DNA from: a virus
Virus record (IMG/VR): IMGVR_UViG_3300011008_000009
Location: 32,001-96,000 of that record
Reading direction: 5' to 3' (one strand)
DNA: 64,000 bases
Positions 48,807-57,976 of the stretch are shown here, piece by piece. A model generated the notes under the pieces. It did not search any database. It was given only the letters and a program-made list of their open reading frames with translations, and was not told the DNA's origin. Position numbers and translations under genes: made by a program. Each line of letters starts with the position of its first letter. Position 1 is the stretch's first letter.

Positions 48807-50645
48807 GTGATAGAATTGTTAAAAATTCATAATTATTATGAAATAGAAGTATTAGATTATGATGGAAATGTTAAATCTAGTGCGAAAGCCTATAACACAG
48901 CTTATAGTAAAAACTATAATGCAAGTCCAATGATTTATATTCTGCGACTTTTCAAAGCTAATGGTGGCTATCGTGAAAATTATATTGAACCATATCTCGA
49001 TCCCGATACTCACGAACCAATAAATGACGCTAACTACTGGGAACGAGAGGGAGAACCTAGTTTTGAAGGTACTGCATATAAATGCGTAGTTCTCTTTCTA
49101 GCCGACGGTAGTTCTGGACAACTTACTAGTGTTCAATTGCGCGGAAACTTGGAAATGTCAATGGCTGAGCTTCAAGATATAGAAGGAAAGGCTATATATT
49201 TAGATTATGGGGCAGGAGATAGTTTCCGTGTTACAGCGCATATCTATTTTGAGACAGATATAAATGAAATAAAAGGCGGCAGCGCCTCTACAAGTTCTTT
49301 TTATAGAAGACTAATGTCATTTTATCCTATTAAATTTTTTAACGCACAGAACTCTATATTCTGTGGCTGCATAGGGCGCCAAACAGAATTATTAAAAGTT
49401 GCGGATCGGCGCCCATCGAGAGAAGGATATACTAGCGACGGCTATTTACCTCAGTCTCATTCAAATCAATTGGGAATTAGTAAAAATCCTATTCCTTTGT
49501 TAGATGATAAGGGCTTCCTTATGGGAAACGCTGATAATTGTCAGTTATTTCAAAAGGTAACCGAAGGTTTGATTTATAAAAATTCCACGACTAAGGGTTC
49601 TCAATGGAAAGGTTTAATTACTTCTTTGGTCTTTCCCGGTATTGGATTGATAGATTTGCGCGACAGCAATATGGGACCGCTACATGAAGGAATATTGCCT
49701 GGGAACAAAGTAATAAAACAAAGCGTACCTAATAACGAAAATGGTTACTTATATGAATGTTTCGTACCGCAGGAGTATGTTAAAAATGGAGAAAGGTACG
49801 ACAGCTTAATTAGTATTACTAAGAACGCTTTTTATAATGCAGAAACCATTACGGTTAAAAGAGATAGGCTTGGTTTTATAGATGTTGTTCCTTTGGATAA
49901 ATCTTATTTTTCTGATTTAATAGATGATTATAGAATAAGAAGATGTAAGAGTTTTATTCAACCCATTCCACTTACCGACAAGCATTGGGTCGGCGCCGAA
50001 AGCATTATTCCTTGTGGTAGTGGTGATAGTCATAGGTACTATATTGAATATGGCAGCGACCCAGATAGTGATAAATTATTAACAGCTAATTATGCAGTAA
50101 CGGGAGAAGTTCTTGTTAAAACGGGAGTTGACCCAGTTATTTATAAAAAATGTACTTATTGCTATAAATTAGAGTATTCATATAATGGTAATGATTTCTT
50201 TACAGCGATAGATTTTTCCGATACTAAATATTTACCATATAAGAAATATCCTTTCAAAGACTCGGAAGAAAATAATATTACGATATCGGCGCCGATATGG
50301 AGAGTTTCTAGTTCTATGACGGGTATGAGCGAGCCCATGACAACTTTTAGTGACCCTAGGATTTCTAGACTTTTCGGTCATATTGATAATAGAGTAGACG
50401 GCCCAGCTTCTTTGGGAGATGTAACTAATGGATATGAACATTTATATATGTTTGTCGGTTATGATAGTAAAATAGATACTAGACAAAATTTAACTCCCGA
50501 AGAACAAGAGTCTTTAATGCATACTCCAGACTATTCCTACGAAAATAAAGGATCTGACTTACCCAATACCTTTGAAACAATAGTTCCATACTTATATCAT
50601 GCGAACGATACTATTTTCTTTAGTGGAAAAATAGAGGTGAGATAA
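48807..50645 (+). CDS. hypothetical structural protein (N-terminal HNxYE family, member 3)
   Basis: N-terminus LKIHNYYEIEVLDYDGNVKSSAKAYNTA. The start is uncertain: GTG at 48807 or TTG at 48816. Confidence 0.65.
   Translation: MIELLKIHNYYEIEVLDYDGNVKSSAKAYNTAYSKNYNASPMIYILRLFKANGGYRENYIEPYLDPDTHEPINDANYWEREGEPSFEGTAYKCVVLFLADGSSGQLTSVQLRGNLEMSMAELQDIEGKAIYLDYGAGDSFRVTAHIYFETDINEIKGGSASTSSFYRRLMSFYPIKFFNAQNSIFCGCIGRQTELLKVADRRPSREGYTSDGYLPQSHSNQLGISKNPIPLLDDKGFLMGNADNCQLFQKVTEGLIYKNSTTKGSQWKGLITSLVFPGIGLIDLRDSNMGPLHEGILPGNKVIKQSVPNNENGYLYECFVPQEYVKNGERYDSLISITKNAFYNAETITVKRDRLGFIDVVPLDKSYFSDLIDDYRIRRCKSFIQPIPLTDKHWVGAESIIPCGSGDSHRYYIEYGSDPDSDKLLTANYAVTGEVLVKTGVDPVIYKKCTYCYKLEYSYNGNDFFTAIDFSDTKYLPYKKYPFKDSEENNITISAPIWRVSSSMTGMSEPMTTFSDPRISRLFGHIDNRVDGPASLGDVTNGYEHLYMFVGYDSKIDTRQNLTPEEQESLMHTPDYSYENKGSDLPNTFETIVPYLYHANDTIFFSGKIEVR
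50283..50298. repeat. 16-bp perfect palindrome centred on GGCGCC
   Basis: atatcggcgccgatat, inside ORF 48807..50645, where it encodes ISAPIW. Confidence 0.8.
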
Positions 50646-51068
50646 ATGGCAACTCGTAATTTAGACTTCTCAGACGAAGTCACACTTGGTGATAATCAAT
50701 ACAACAGTATAGTTATAGATATACCAACTCATCAAAAAGATACTAAACTCTATGATTATGGTTCGATAAAAAGCAATACCGTTCCTCCATTCTTTACTCT
50801 AAAAAGAGGAAATATTACTTTTGGAACTCCCGAAAGGGATTATGATAGGTTAGAAGGTGTACACCCAGTAGATACAGTTGGAAAGCAAAGTAAACCAATC
50901 ACTAATTTCTTTACATATAGTATTAAAGTTTTTCCACATTTCGGTGCCTATGGGTTTGTCAACTACAGTAGTCCCGAAGCTGAAGAAGAAGATAAAGTAA
51001 GTACGATTTTCTTTGGTGACAGTGCAGCTACTTTACGAGGGGAGATAAAGTTAGATGAGATTGAGTGA
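50646..51068 (+). CDS. hypothetical protein
   Basis: 140-aa ORF starting 1 nt after the upstream stop. Confidence 0.55.
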   Translation: MATRNLDFSDEVTLGDNQYNSIVIDIPTHQKDTKLYDYGSIKSNTVPPFFTLKRGNITFGTPERDYDRLEGVHPVDTVGKQSKPITNFFTYSIKVFPHFGAYGFVNYSSPEAEEEDKVSTIFFGDSAATLRGEIKLDEIE

Positions 51069-51882
51069 ATGTAAACAGATATTTTACGGAAAAGAAGACC
51101 CCGACGCCGAGATGATGGAACGTAAGGATATTATCTATCAGATTTTTCTCGGTGATAGACAAGTTTGGGAAAGAACTTCTGACGAAGGTACAGAAAAGGC
51201 AAGCAATAAAATTACTACCACTTGGAGAATTACAAACGACTTAACTCTTAAGAGTTTAACTGATAGCACAATCATTACAGGTAAAATTAATTGGGGAGAT
51301 AGTTCGGTAGACGATTGGCGGTCTGGAGAATTTAATATACATTATTATGTTGACAGTGGATTGTATGGTATAACCTTTGATTGTGAATTAATTAAAGATT
51401 TGCCTTATGGAGAGGTAGCCGCCATTTCGAGAATAGAAGAATATAACCCTGGCGGAACTTCAACTAATGAATTAATTGGAGTAACGTTAGGTAAAGTGCC
51501 GTTTGCTAGCCATAGACTTGACGATGATTCAAAGGGCGTTTTTGAAGATGTACTCACTATTGAAAATATAGTTGTACCACAAGGAGTTACCAAAATACCT
51601 CAGCGTCTATTTTATAATACTTCTTTTGAGGAAATTATAATTCCTGCAGCTATTGGAGAAGATGATGAAGAGTTACAAATAGATATTGGAGCTTATGCTT
51701 TTACGAGCAACGTGGCACAAAAAATTAGAATTGAATCAAAGAATACTATTATAGGAAATTTTGCTTTTGGATATAAGACAGATGGTACTTTAATTAATAA
51801 TTTAATCTATCAGTGTTATGAAAATACCAATGCCTATAATTATGCAATAAACAATGGAATTACTCCTACGATTATTACTTAA
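51055..51882 (+). CDS. hypothetical protein with a short BspA-type LRR segment
   Basis: VVPQGVTKIPQRLFYNTSFEEIIIPAAI...IGAYAFTS. Confidence 0.55.
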   Translation: MRLSECKQIFYGKEDPDAEMMERKDIIYQIFLGDRQVWERTSDEGTEKASNKITTTWRITNDLTLKSLTDSTIITGKINWGDSSVDDWRSGEFNIHYYVDSGLYGITFDCELIKDLPYGEVAAISRIEEYNPGGTSTNELIGVTLGKVPFASHRLDDDSKGVFEDVLTIENIVVPQGVTKIPQRLFYNTSFEEIIIPAAIGEDDEELQIDIGAYAFTSNVAQKIRIESKNTIIGNFAFGYKTDGTLINNLIYQCYENTNAYNYAINNGITPTIIT

Positions 51883-51931
51883 AAATTAGAGAAATCTAAC
51901 AGCAACCCTACTTTATATAGAGGTGATAGCA

Positions 51932-52282
51932 ATGCTTAGAATAGATAATAACAACAATATCTTCTTAACAAAAGGAGATAGTGGAATAATTAATATAAAA
52001 TTAGACAGTACTCCAGCAGGCTATGATGTTATGGAGTTTTATGTACGTCAGGCTCAAAATTTAGATAATGTTCTTATATCAATAGTTCAAGGCGTGTCTA
52101 GTGAATGTGGACAGATAGCTTATGACAGTGGTACAGGTATTTACACTTTAACTATTTTTAAAGCCGCTACCGAAAATCTAAAAAGGCGCTCGTATGTATA
52201 TGATTTTAAACTTAGTGGAACAAATGTAGTTACTACTTTTATTGGTGGAGACGTTAGTAAAAATCAATTTACAATAACTTAA
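51932..52282 (+). CDS. hypothetical protein
   Basis: The start at MLRIDN follows GAGGTG. The track ORF begins at a GTG 9 nt upstream. Confidence 0.55.
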   Translation: MLRIDNNNNIFLTKGDSGIINIKLDSTPAGYDVMEFYVRQAQNLDNVLISIVQGVSSECGQIAYDSGTGIYTLTIFKAATENLKRRSYVYDFKLSGTNVVTTFIGGDVSKNQFTIT

Positions 52283-52292
52283 GGAGATAATT

Positions 52293-53156
52293 ATGGCTGA
52301 TATTAATGGAAAAATAATCCCTGGTCAACAGCTAAATCCTAAAGTAAATACTACTGCTCCTAACATTAATTCTAACGTAGATACCGAAACAGAAGAGTTA
52401 GCTTCGGGCGCTGAGACGGGGGTAGATGTAAATGGAACTATCAATGCGGTCGGCGCCGTAAATCCCGAAGAAGTTAATTCAGTAGGTAATCTCAGTGGAG
52501 AGTTAGTAAACGATGTTCCTTCTGGTTATGGATATATTTACATCAGATATTCTCACGAATATCCTACTCAAGACTCCGATATGTTATTAGTACCCGATGA
52601 AGATACTAAATATATGGGTGTTTTGGGTTTAAATAGTCCATTCCCTCCAACGTCTTATACTCGATATCAATGGTCTTTAATCAGAGGATACGACGGAGAA
52701 AAAGGTGACAAGGGCGACAAAGGAGACAAAGGAGAAAGCGGAGACGCGGAAATTACCATTGTTAATGGTTTTTTAATAACTGGACAACTTAATGTAGAAG
52801 GATGGCAGTTAGACGTGTCGAGAGATAAGTCTTTCTACAGTCAAAGAATTGAAATCACAGAACCTTTATTGCAGGTTATAGAGCAAACATTAACGGCGCG
52901 AGAACCCAATATAGGTTCAGGTACTGTTTATAATACTTACGAAGATGTTATAAATTCTATGTCTCCTGTTGTAGATTTGATAGTTAGTTCAAATGTACAG
53001 ACTGGTCAGAATGAAATTGAAAATTGGAAATTTATTTCTCGCGCGTATTTAATGCGAGAAGATTATATAGATGATACATATGGATATTATATATGTTTTG
53101 AATGTTATAATGATAGACCAAGTGTATTATTAAGATTTCAAATGAAGGTGATTTAA
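52293..53156 (+). CDS. tail-fibre-like protein with a short collagen-like G-x-y run
   Basis: GEKGDKGDKGDKGESGD. YIYIRYSHEYPTQDSDM...YMGVLG...YTRYQWSLIRGYDG is shared with ORF 57973..60030. Confidence 0.6.
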   Translation: MADINGKIIPGQQLNPKVNTTAPNINSNVDTETEELASGAETGVDVNGTINAVGAVNPEEVNSVGNLSGELVNDVPSGYGYIYIRYSHEYPTQDSDMLLVPDEDTKYMGVLGLNSPFPPTSYTRYQWSLIRGYDGEKGDKGDKGDKGESGDAEITIVNGFLITGQLNVEGWQLDVSRDKSFYSQRIEITEPLLQVIEQTLTAREPNIGSGTVYNTYEDVINSMSPVVDLIVSSNVQTGQNEIENWKFISRAYLMREDYIDDTYGYYICFECYNDRPSVLLRFQMKVI

Positions 53157-53431
53157 TGGCTATTGATGTTGAGCTTCCGTATAGAGAAGGTGCGCAAGAA
53201 ATACAAAATGCGACTGAGTATAGTGAAGTTTCGCCCATAAACACCGTTGAGGCTTTTTTAGTTAATCACGGTACAATACCTCTTGAATTACCTTTTGAAT
53301 TATATGATACCCATGTGTGTATGGCTTATGAATATTCCGAATGTGCTTTATTAGAACCTGTAGATAGTGGAGAAGGCTTAGGCGGAATATTGATAGCAGA
53401 AAACGAAGAGGAGGAAATAAACGTTGATTAA
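53156..53431 (+). CDS. hypothetical acidic protein
   Basis: 91-aa ORF with ATGA-type overlap to the upstream gene. Confidence 0.5.
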   Translation: MAIDVELPYREGAQEIQNATEYSEVSPINTVEAFLVNHGTIPLELPFELYDTHVCMAYEYSECALLEPVDSGEGLGGILIAENEEEEINVD

Positions 53432-54785
53432 AGTTAATAATGACCTAACCTCTGGCGTGTTTGATAGGGATTTAGTAGTTATAAATAATGATGTTATAAC
53501 CGTAAATGGAGAAGAGATAAGTAATACTACTGGAAACTATTGGGTCGATTGGGCAATAGGTTTTCAGTCTTTTTGTATAAATACTTTGGGATTAGAAGTA
53601 CAAGACGGTCCAGGAACGAGCGTAGGAATAGTACAGAGTGAAATGGGACCAGTTCGTTTTCAATATGACTGTGATTGGAACGAACCTTTTGGAAGAGTTA
53701 AAACCTTTAATGGACAAGAACATTATGTCTATCAAGAAAATGGATATACTCTGTGGTCAGATGATGAAAATACTTTATGGGGTAATATTACTCGACAGAA
53801 TGGTATAGATAGTGTAAATAGACGCTTTGATTTCATTGTCTGGTTTACTGTTCAAGATGAAACAAAAGGTAGAATAGGATTAAGATTTAAATATCCAATT
53901 ACAACGGAAAGAGGTTATAGTTGTCCGTATTATATTTCTTCTTCTCCTTTTATACAACCTTGGTATGAGAAGGGAGATAAAACAGCGGTTAATTATTATA
54001 GAATTAATGATAGTTGGGGAAAGTATTATAGTTCAAGTGGCAGAAGAACGGCTACTATTTCTTTGAGTAGCGATGATTTAGTATCTAATAGTTATGCTGT
54101 ATTGGCTGGTCGTTATTTATATGCAACCACTAAAACTTTTCAAGATGAGGACGGCGCCAATAAGTTATGGATAGAATATTCTCAAGGCTTGTCTGGAACT
54201 TATTCCTACGAGACTTTAGGTGGTGAATACGCTTCTGATGGAGCTGCTTCCTTTTCTAAGCTAATGGCTGAGAACCCTAGTCATTTAAAATGTTTTGTTT
54301 CAAAAAATAAGCAACTTATAAATATTAAAATTTTAAATAATAGCGGGAAAGTAGAATTAGATATTCTTTATGGAGATTTAATGGATGATAATGGAGAAGT
54401 TAATTCTTTTGTAGAAGTAAAAAGCCATAATTCCCATACACCCTCTGGTGGAAGTACTATTTATGATATGGATAACTTTTTGATTACTGATAATCATTAT
54501 AATGTTAGAACAAGTAATCAAATCAATCGTCCCACTTCTACCGCCGTTAATGATTATAGTAAATATTGGGGTATTACTAGGGTATTACTTCAAGAAGAAA
54601 CTAAGCATTGCGCTGAATTGTATCAAGTTTTTAGTTTTGCGGATACTATGTCAAAGCATTTATATAAGCAAATTAATTTTATAGATACAAACAATGAAAT
54701 TCAGCCTTTTATAGTATTTAATTATGGTACTCAAAATAGTAATAATAATTTCTTTAACGCTACTTTGTTAGCTATGCCAATATAA
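53424..54785 (+). CDS. paralog family A, member 1 (unknown function, probably structural)
   Basis: WVDWAIGFQSFCINTLGLEVQDGPGTS...DCDWNEPFG...NGIDSVNRRFDFIVWF...GRIGLRFKYPITT...LLAMPI*. Confidence 0.65.
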   Translation: MIKVNNDLTSGVFDRDLVVINNDVITVNGEEISNTTGNYWVDWAIGFQSFCINTLGLEVQDGPGTSVGIVQSEMGPVRFQYDCDWNEPFGRVKTFNGQEHYVYQENGYTLWSDDENTLWGNITRQNGIDSVNRRFDFIVWFTVQDETKGRIGLRFKYPITTERGYSCPYYISSSPFIQPWYEKGDKTAVNYYRINDSWGKYYSSSGRRTATISLSSDDLVSNSYAVLAGRYLYATTKTFQDEDGANKLWIEYSQGLSGTYSYETLGGEYASDGAASFSKLMAENPSHLKCFVSKNKQLINIKILNNSGKVELDILYGDLMDDNGEVNSFVEVKSHNSHTPSGGSTIYDMDNFLITDNHYNVRTSNQINRPTSTAVNDYSKYWGITRVLLQEETKHCAELYQVFSFADTMSKHLYKQINFIDTNNEIQPFIVFNYGTQNSNNNFFNATLLAMPI

Positions 54786-54796
54786 GGAGGTTAAGT

Positions 54797-56404
54797 ATGA
54801 CAAATGAAACAACAGGTTACTTAACCTTTTATGATATGAGCACTGGAATTTTTAATGTTCCAGATCCAACTAAACAATTAAGTGATTACGAGTGGCCAGG
54901 AGAAGACCCAACAGACCCCACATCAGACCCAGATTATATGGTTAAAGATTGGACCACTTGGATGTTGGCTTTAAGTTATTGGTTAGAATATTATTTTGAT
55001 ATTGAAGTCTCTAGTGGAGATGGTAGTAGTTTAGGGCAGGTTGGTAGTAGACGTTATAATTCACAGGCATTATATAGCGGAAGATATCGTCAATATATAG
55101 AAAGAGATAATGACTGGAGTAGCGATGATTTAGGCAGATATGACCCACCTTTAGATGATAGTTGGCCCAATTTCCAACAATATAGATGTCCTAGTCCTTT
55201 TGATTATAGAGCGAGTGATAGTGACCCTTACACTTCAGCAACTGGCAAATGGCAAGGTACTGAAAAATTTGACTTTATTCATAATAGATTTGATATTATA
55301 TTAAAATTAAAAAAAGATAATAATAACTTAAATAATCTAGGAATTAGAATTAAGTATCCAATAACCACTACTGGCACAGCTGACTATGTCGAACAGTCAG
55401 ATGCATGGACAGTAGGATGCTCTTCTAACAGTAATGCAGCTTTTATAGTTCCTGGTGCTGTTCCCATAGTAATAGAAAATAATGATATTATACAACCAAT
55501 ATTTAACGATTATTATATGGATACATGTGGTAACGATGAACTAACTGCAGGGAACAAGGCTTTCGGTTATATAACCTTTTTTTCTTCTACAATTAACAGC
55601 GGTTCGTCCGAATATTTTAATGACTATGTAGTTAACCAATATAGAATTAAATACAAAGGAAATATATATGATAGGCACTCACTGCCAACTTACGGCGGCG
55701 GAGATAGAGTGACCACTTTTCTAAAATGGAATAAGGATTTTGAACAATATTTAAATTCCGGTTATAAATTTTCAGTTAAAGGTCGTCCTTATAATCATAT
55801 CTATTTTAGAAAATCAATGGATGATAAGAATATAAATATTTGTATTTTAGACCAATCCTATGGTAAAAAATTTGATTTTATAGTTTTTGAGAATACTGAT
55901 GGTAGTCAAACATTATTGTTAGGTAATGACAATAAGAGTTTTTATAATGGTCGCTGCCGTGACAATATGTATCGTTATATAGACCAAGAAGTGTCAGGAG
56001 TCTATTACAAAAATTATGATATTGCGAATACCTATGGTACCATTGGCAACACAATGATTTCTAACAAACAAGAAAATGGTCAATATTTAAACAAACTCAC
56101 TCCTTCAAAAGCAGGTTATTATTATGATGTAAGAGACAGTAATTATAATTTAATAGATGCCACAGGCAATTGGCGCCTTGAGCTTTTTAGTCCTTTTAAT
56201 AACGTGTATGCTACTAATTTATTTTTAGTTACTCGATGTGGTACACAAGACTTATTAAGTATAGACGGAAAATATATAATAGCTACACTTAATGGTGATT
56301 TAACTAAATTCTTGGTGTTCACTTTTAACGGCAGAACATTACACGAATATTCAACAAATGATAATAACACTATGTTTGCAATACCAATAGAGGTGATAGA
56401 GTAA
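54797..56404 (+). CDS. paralog family A, member 2
   Basis: WTTWMLALSYWLEYYFDIEVSSGDGSS...NRFDIILKL...NLGIRIKYPITT...MFAIPIEVIE*. Confidence 0.65.
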   Translation: MTNETTGYLTFYDMSTGIFNVPDPTKQLSDYEWPGEDPTDPTSDPDYMVKDWTTWMLALSYWLEYYFDIEVSSGDGSSLGQVGSRRYNSQALYSGRYRQYIERDNDWSSDDLGRYDPPLDDSWPNFQQYRCPSPFDYRASDSDPYTSATGKWQGTEKFDFIHNRFDIILKLKKDNNNLNNLGIRIKYPITTTGTADYVEQSDAWTVGCSSNSNAAFIVPGAVPIVIENNDIIQPIFNDYYMDTCGNDELTAGNKAFGYITFFSSTINSGSSEYFNDYVVNQYRIKYKGNIYDRHSLPTYGGGDRVTTFLKWNKDFEQYLNSGYKFSVKGRPYNHIYFRKSMDDKNINICILDQSYGKKFDFIVFENTDGSQTLLLGNDNKSFYNGRCRDNMYRYIDQEVSGVYYKNYDIANTYGTIGNTMISNKQENGQYLNKLTPSKAGYYYDVRDSNYNLIDATGNWRLELFSPFNNVYATNLFLVTRCGTQDLLSIDGKYIIATLNGDLTKFLVFTFNGRTLHEYSTNDNNTMFAIPIEVIE

Positions 56405-56405
56405 T

Positions 56406-57776
56406 ATGGCTATTTCAACTACAATTGAACAATCCTATTCTCTATACAGTATAACAGATAATAATATCCTTTATTGGTCAGATTGGATTAAACACTTTAT
56501 AGACTTTAGTGTTAATGTAATGGGTTGGGAAGTAGAATGTGGACCAGGCACTAGTTACGGCGCGATAATGCCATATTATTCCTATAGTTCATATGGTAGT
56601 AGCTATTGGTATAGTCCAGGTTCTCAAAATGCAGGCTGGGATTGTGACTGGACTCAGCCTGACGGTATAATGCAACAATATCAAGACAGCACGTATCGAG
56701 ACCGTCCATTATATACAGGCTGGTTTTATAACTATCCTTTATGGAATAGACTAAGTTATCCAAATGGGATAGATGAAACATATGGTCGTTTCGATGTGGT
56801 TATTTATATGAAAGAAAGTCCTAATAATGGAGAAAAAATAGGATTAAGAATTAAATTTCCATTGTGTTCTGTAGGATATGCTTATAATGGTATATCTGTA
56901 AGAAATAGCTTATTTACTGTTCCGGGATTTAGTGTGTATAGTAATTTAAAGGGAAATATACAATATCAATATTCAGAAAGTAGTCGAAGTACCTCAAATT
57001 ATGATTTAATAGATATTTCATTAAGACAATATCTGAGTGTGTTTTCTAATGCTTCTATGGGTGCTAATAGTGATATTTTCCTCGCACTAAAAGCAAAAAG
57101 TGGAGACCCTAGCGCAGATAACCGCGAATCACAATTATTTGATTATGATTATCAATACAATGATATAAATTACTCGGAGTGGCAAAGTTCTCCTGGTATT
57201 AACAATAATCGAGTCTTTAGATTACATTGGAAGAAATATAATAGAGTAAATTATCATATTTCTAAAGATGGCTATACTGATTATTTTTATGTATGGAACG
57301 ACGAAACTGGTGATATGGGTATGAAAGTTATTATTACCCAATTAGAAAATGGTGAATGGGCAGTAATGATTGATAGACACTACAATGAAAATGATAATAC
57401 TCTATGTCAACAAATAGGTTATACAGGTACTTTTAATAGTCCAGGTGTAGCTGACGGAAACTTTTTGGCGCGAGCGCCGTTACGTCCTTTTATTGGAAGA
57501 AACTCGCTCATAAATCGTTTTGCTTTTACTCGTATGTTAATGCCTTATCAATTAAGTTTGTGTAAAGATTTATACTATGTTAGCAAAAGAGATGTAGCCG
57601 ATATGGTAGAGTCTGGTCAATATGTAATGGTTAGAGATAAAAATAACGAACCACATTATTTCAGAGTAATTCCATTTGGCTCTTACCGAAAGAACGAAGG
57701 AAATTATTCAAGTTCATATAAAGATAACACCACGTTATTAGCTTTTCCAGTATCAGACCCAGAGGTGAGTGAATAA
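56406..57776 (+). CDS. paralog family A, member 3
   Basis: WSDWIKHFIDFSVNVMGWEVECGPGTS...DCDWTQPDG...NGIDETYGRFDVVIYM...EKIGLRIKFPL...LLAFPVSDPEVSE*. Confidence 0.65.
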   Translation: MAISTTIEQSYSLYSITDNNILYWSDWIKHFIDFSVNVMGWEVECGPGTSYGAIMPYYSYSSYGSSYWYSPGSQNAGWDCDWTQPDGIMQQYQDSTYRDRPLYTGWFYNYPLWNRLSYPNGIDETYGRFDVVIYMKESPNNGEKIGLRIKFPLCSVGYAYNGISVRNSLFTVPGFSVYSNLKGNIQYQYSESSRSTSNYDLIDISLRQYLSVFSNASMGANSDIFLALKAKSGDPSADNRESQLFDYDYQYNDINYSEWQSSPGINNNRVFRLHWKKYNRVNYHISKDGYTDYFYVWNDETGDMGMKVIITQLENGEWAVMIDRHYNENDNTLCQQIGYTGTFNSPGVADGNFLARAPLRPFIGRNSLINRFAFTRMLMPYQLSLCKDLYYVSKRDVADMVESGQYVMVRDKNNEPHYFRVIPFGSYRKNEGNYSSSYKDNTTLLAFPVSDPEVSE

Positions 57777-57976
57777 TGCAAATTTGGGAATGTATTATTA
57801 CTCGTAAAGTACAGGTTACGCGCCCTGACCCTACTTTTTATGATTATACTGATTGGTTTTCGGATACATCTGGGCGCCTAAACCCTGACTTTTGGGGAGA
57901 TTTTATAATGACAGTAACTCAAATACCTATTTGTACTGTTGAGGGAGAAAATATAGAGGAGTTGAAGAGTAGTTGA
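57776..57976 (+). CDS. hypothetical small protein
   Basis: 66-aa ORF overlapping both neighbours by 1-4 nt. Confidence 0.45.
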   Translation: MQIWECIITRKVQVTRPDPTFYDYTDWFSDTSGRLNPDFWGDFIMTVTQIPICTVEGENIEELKSS

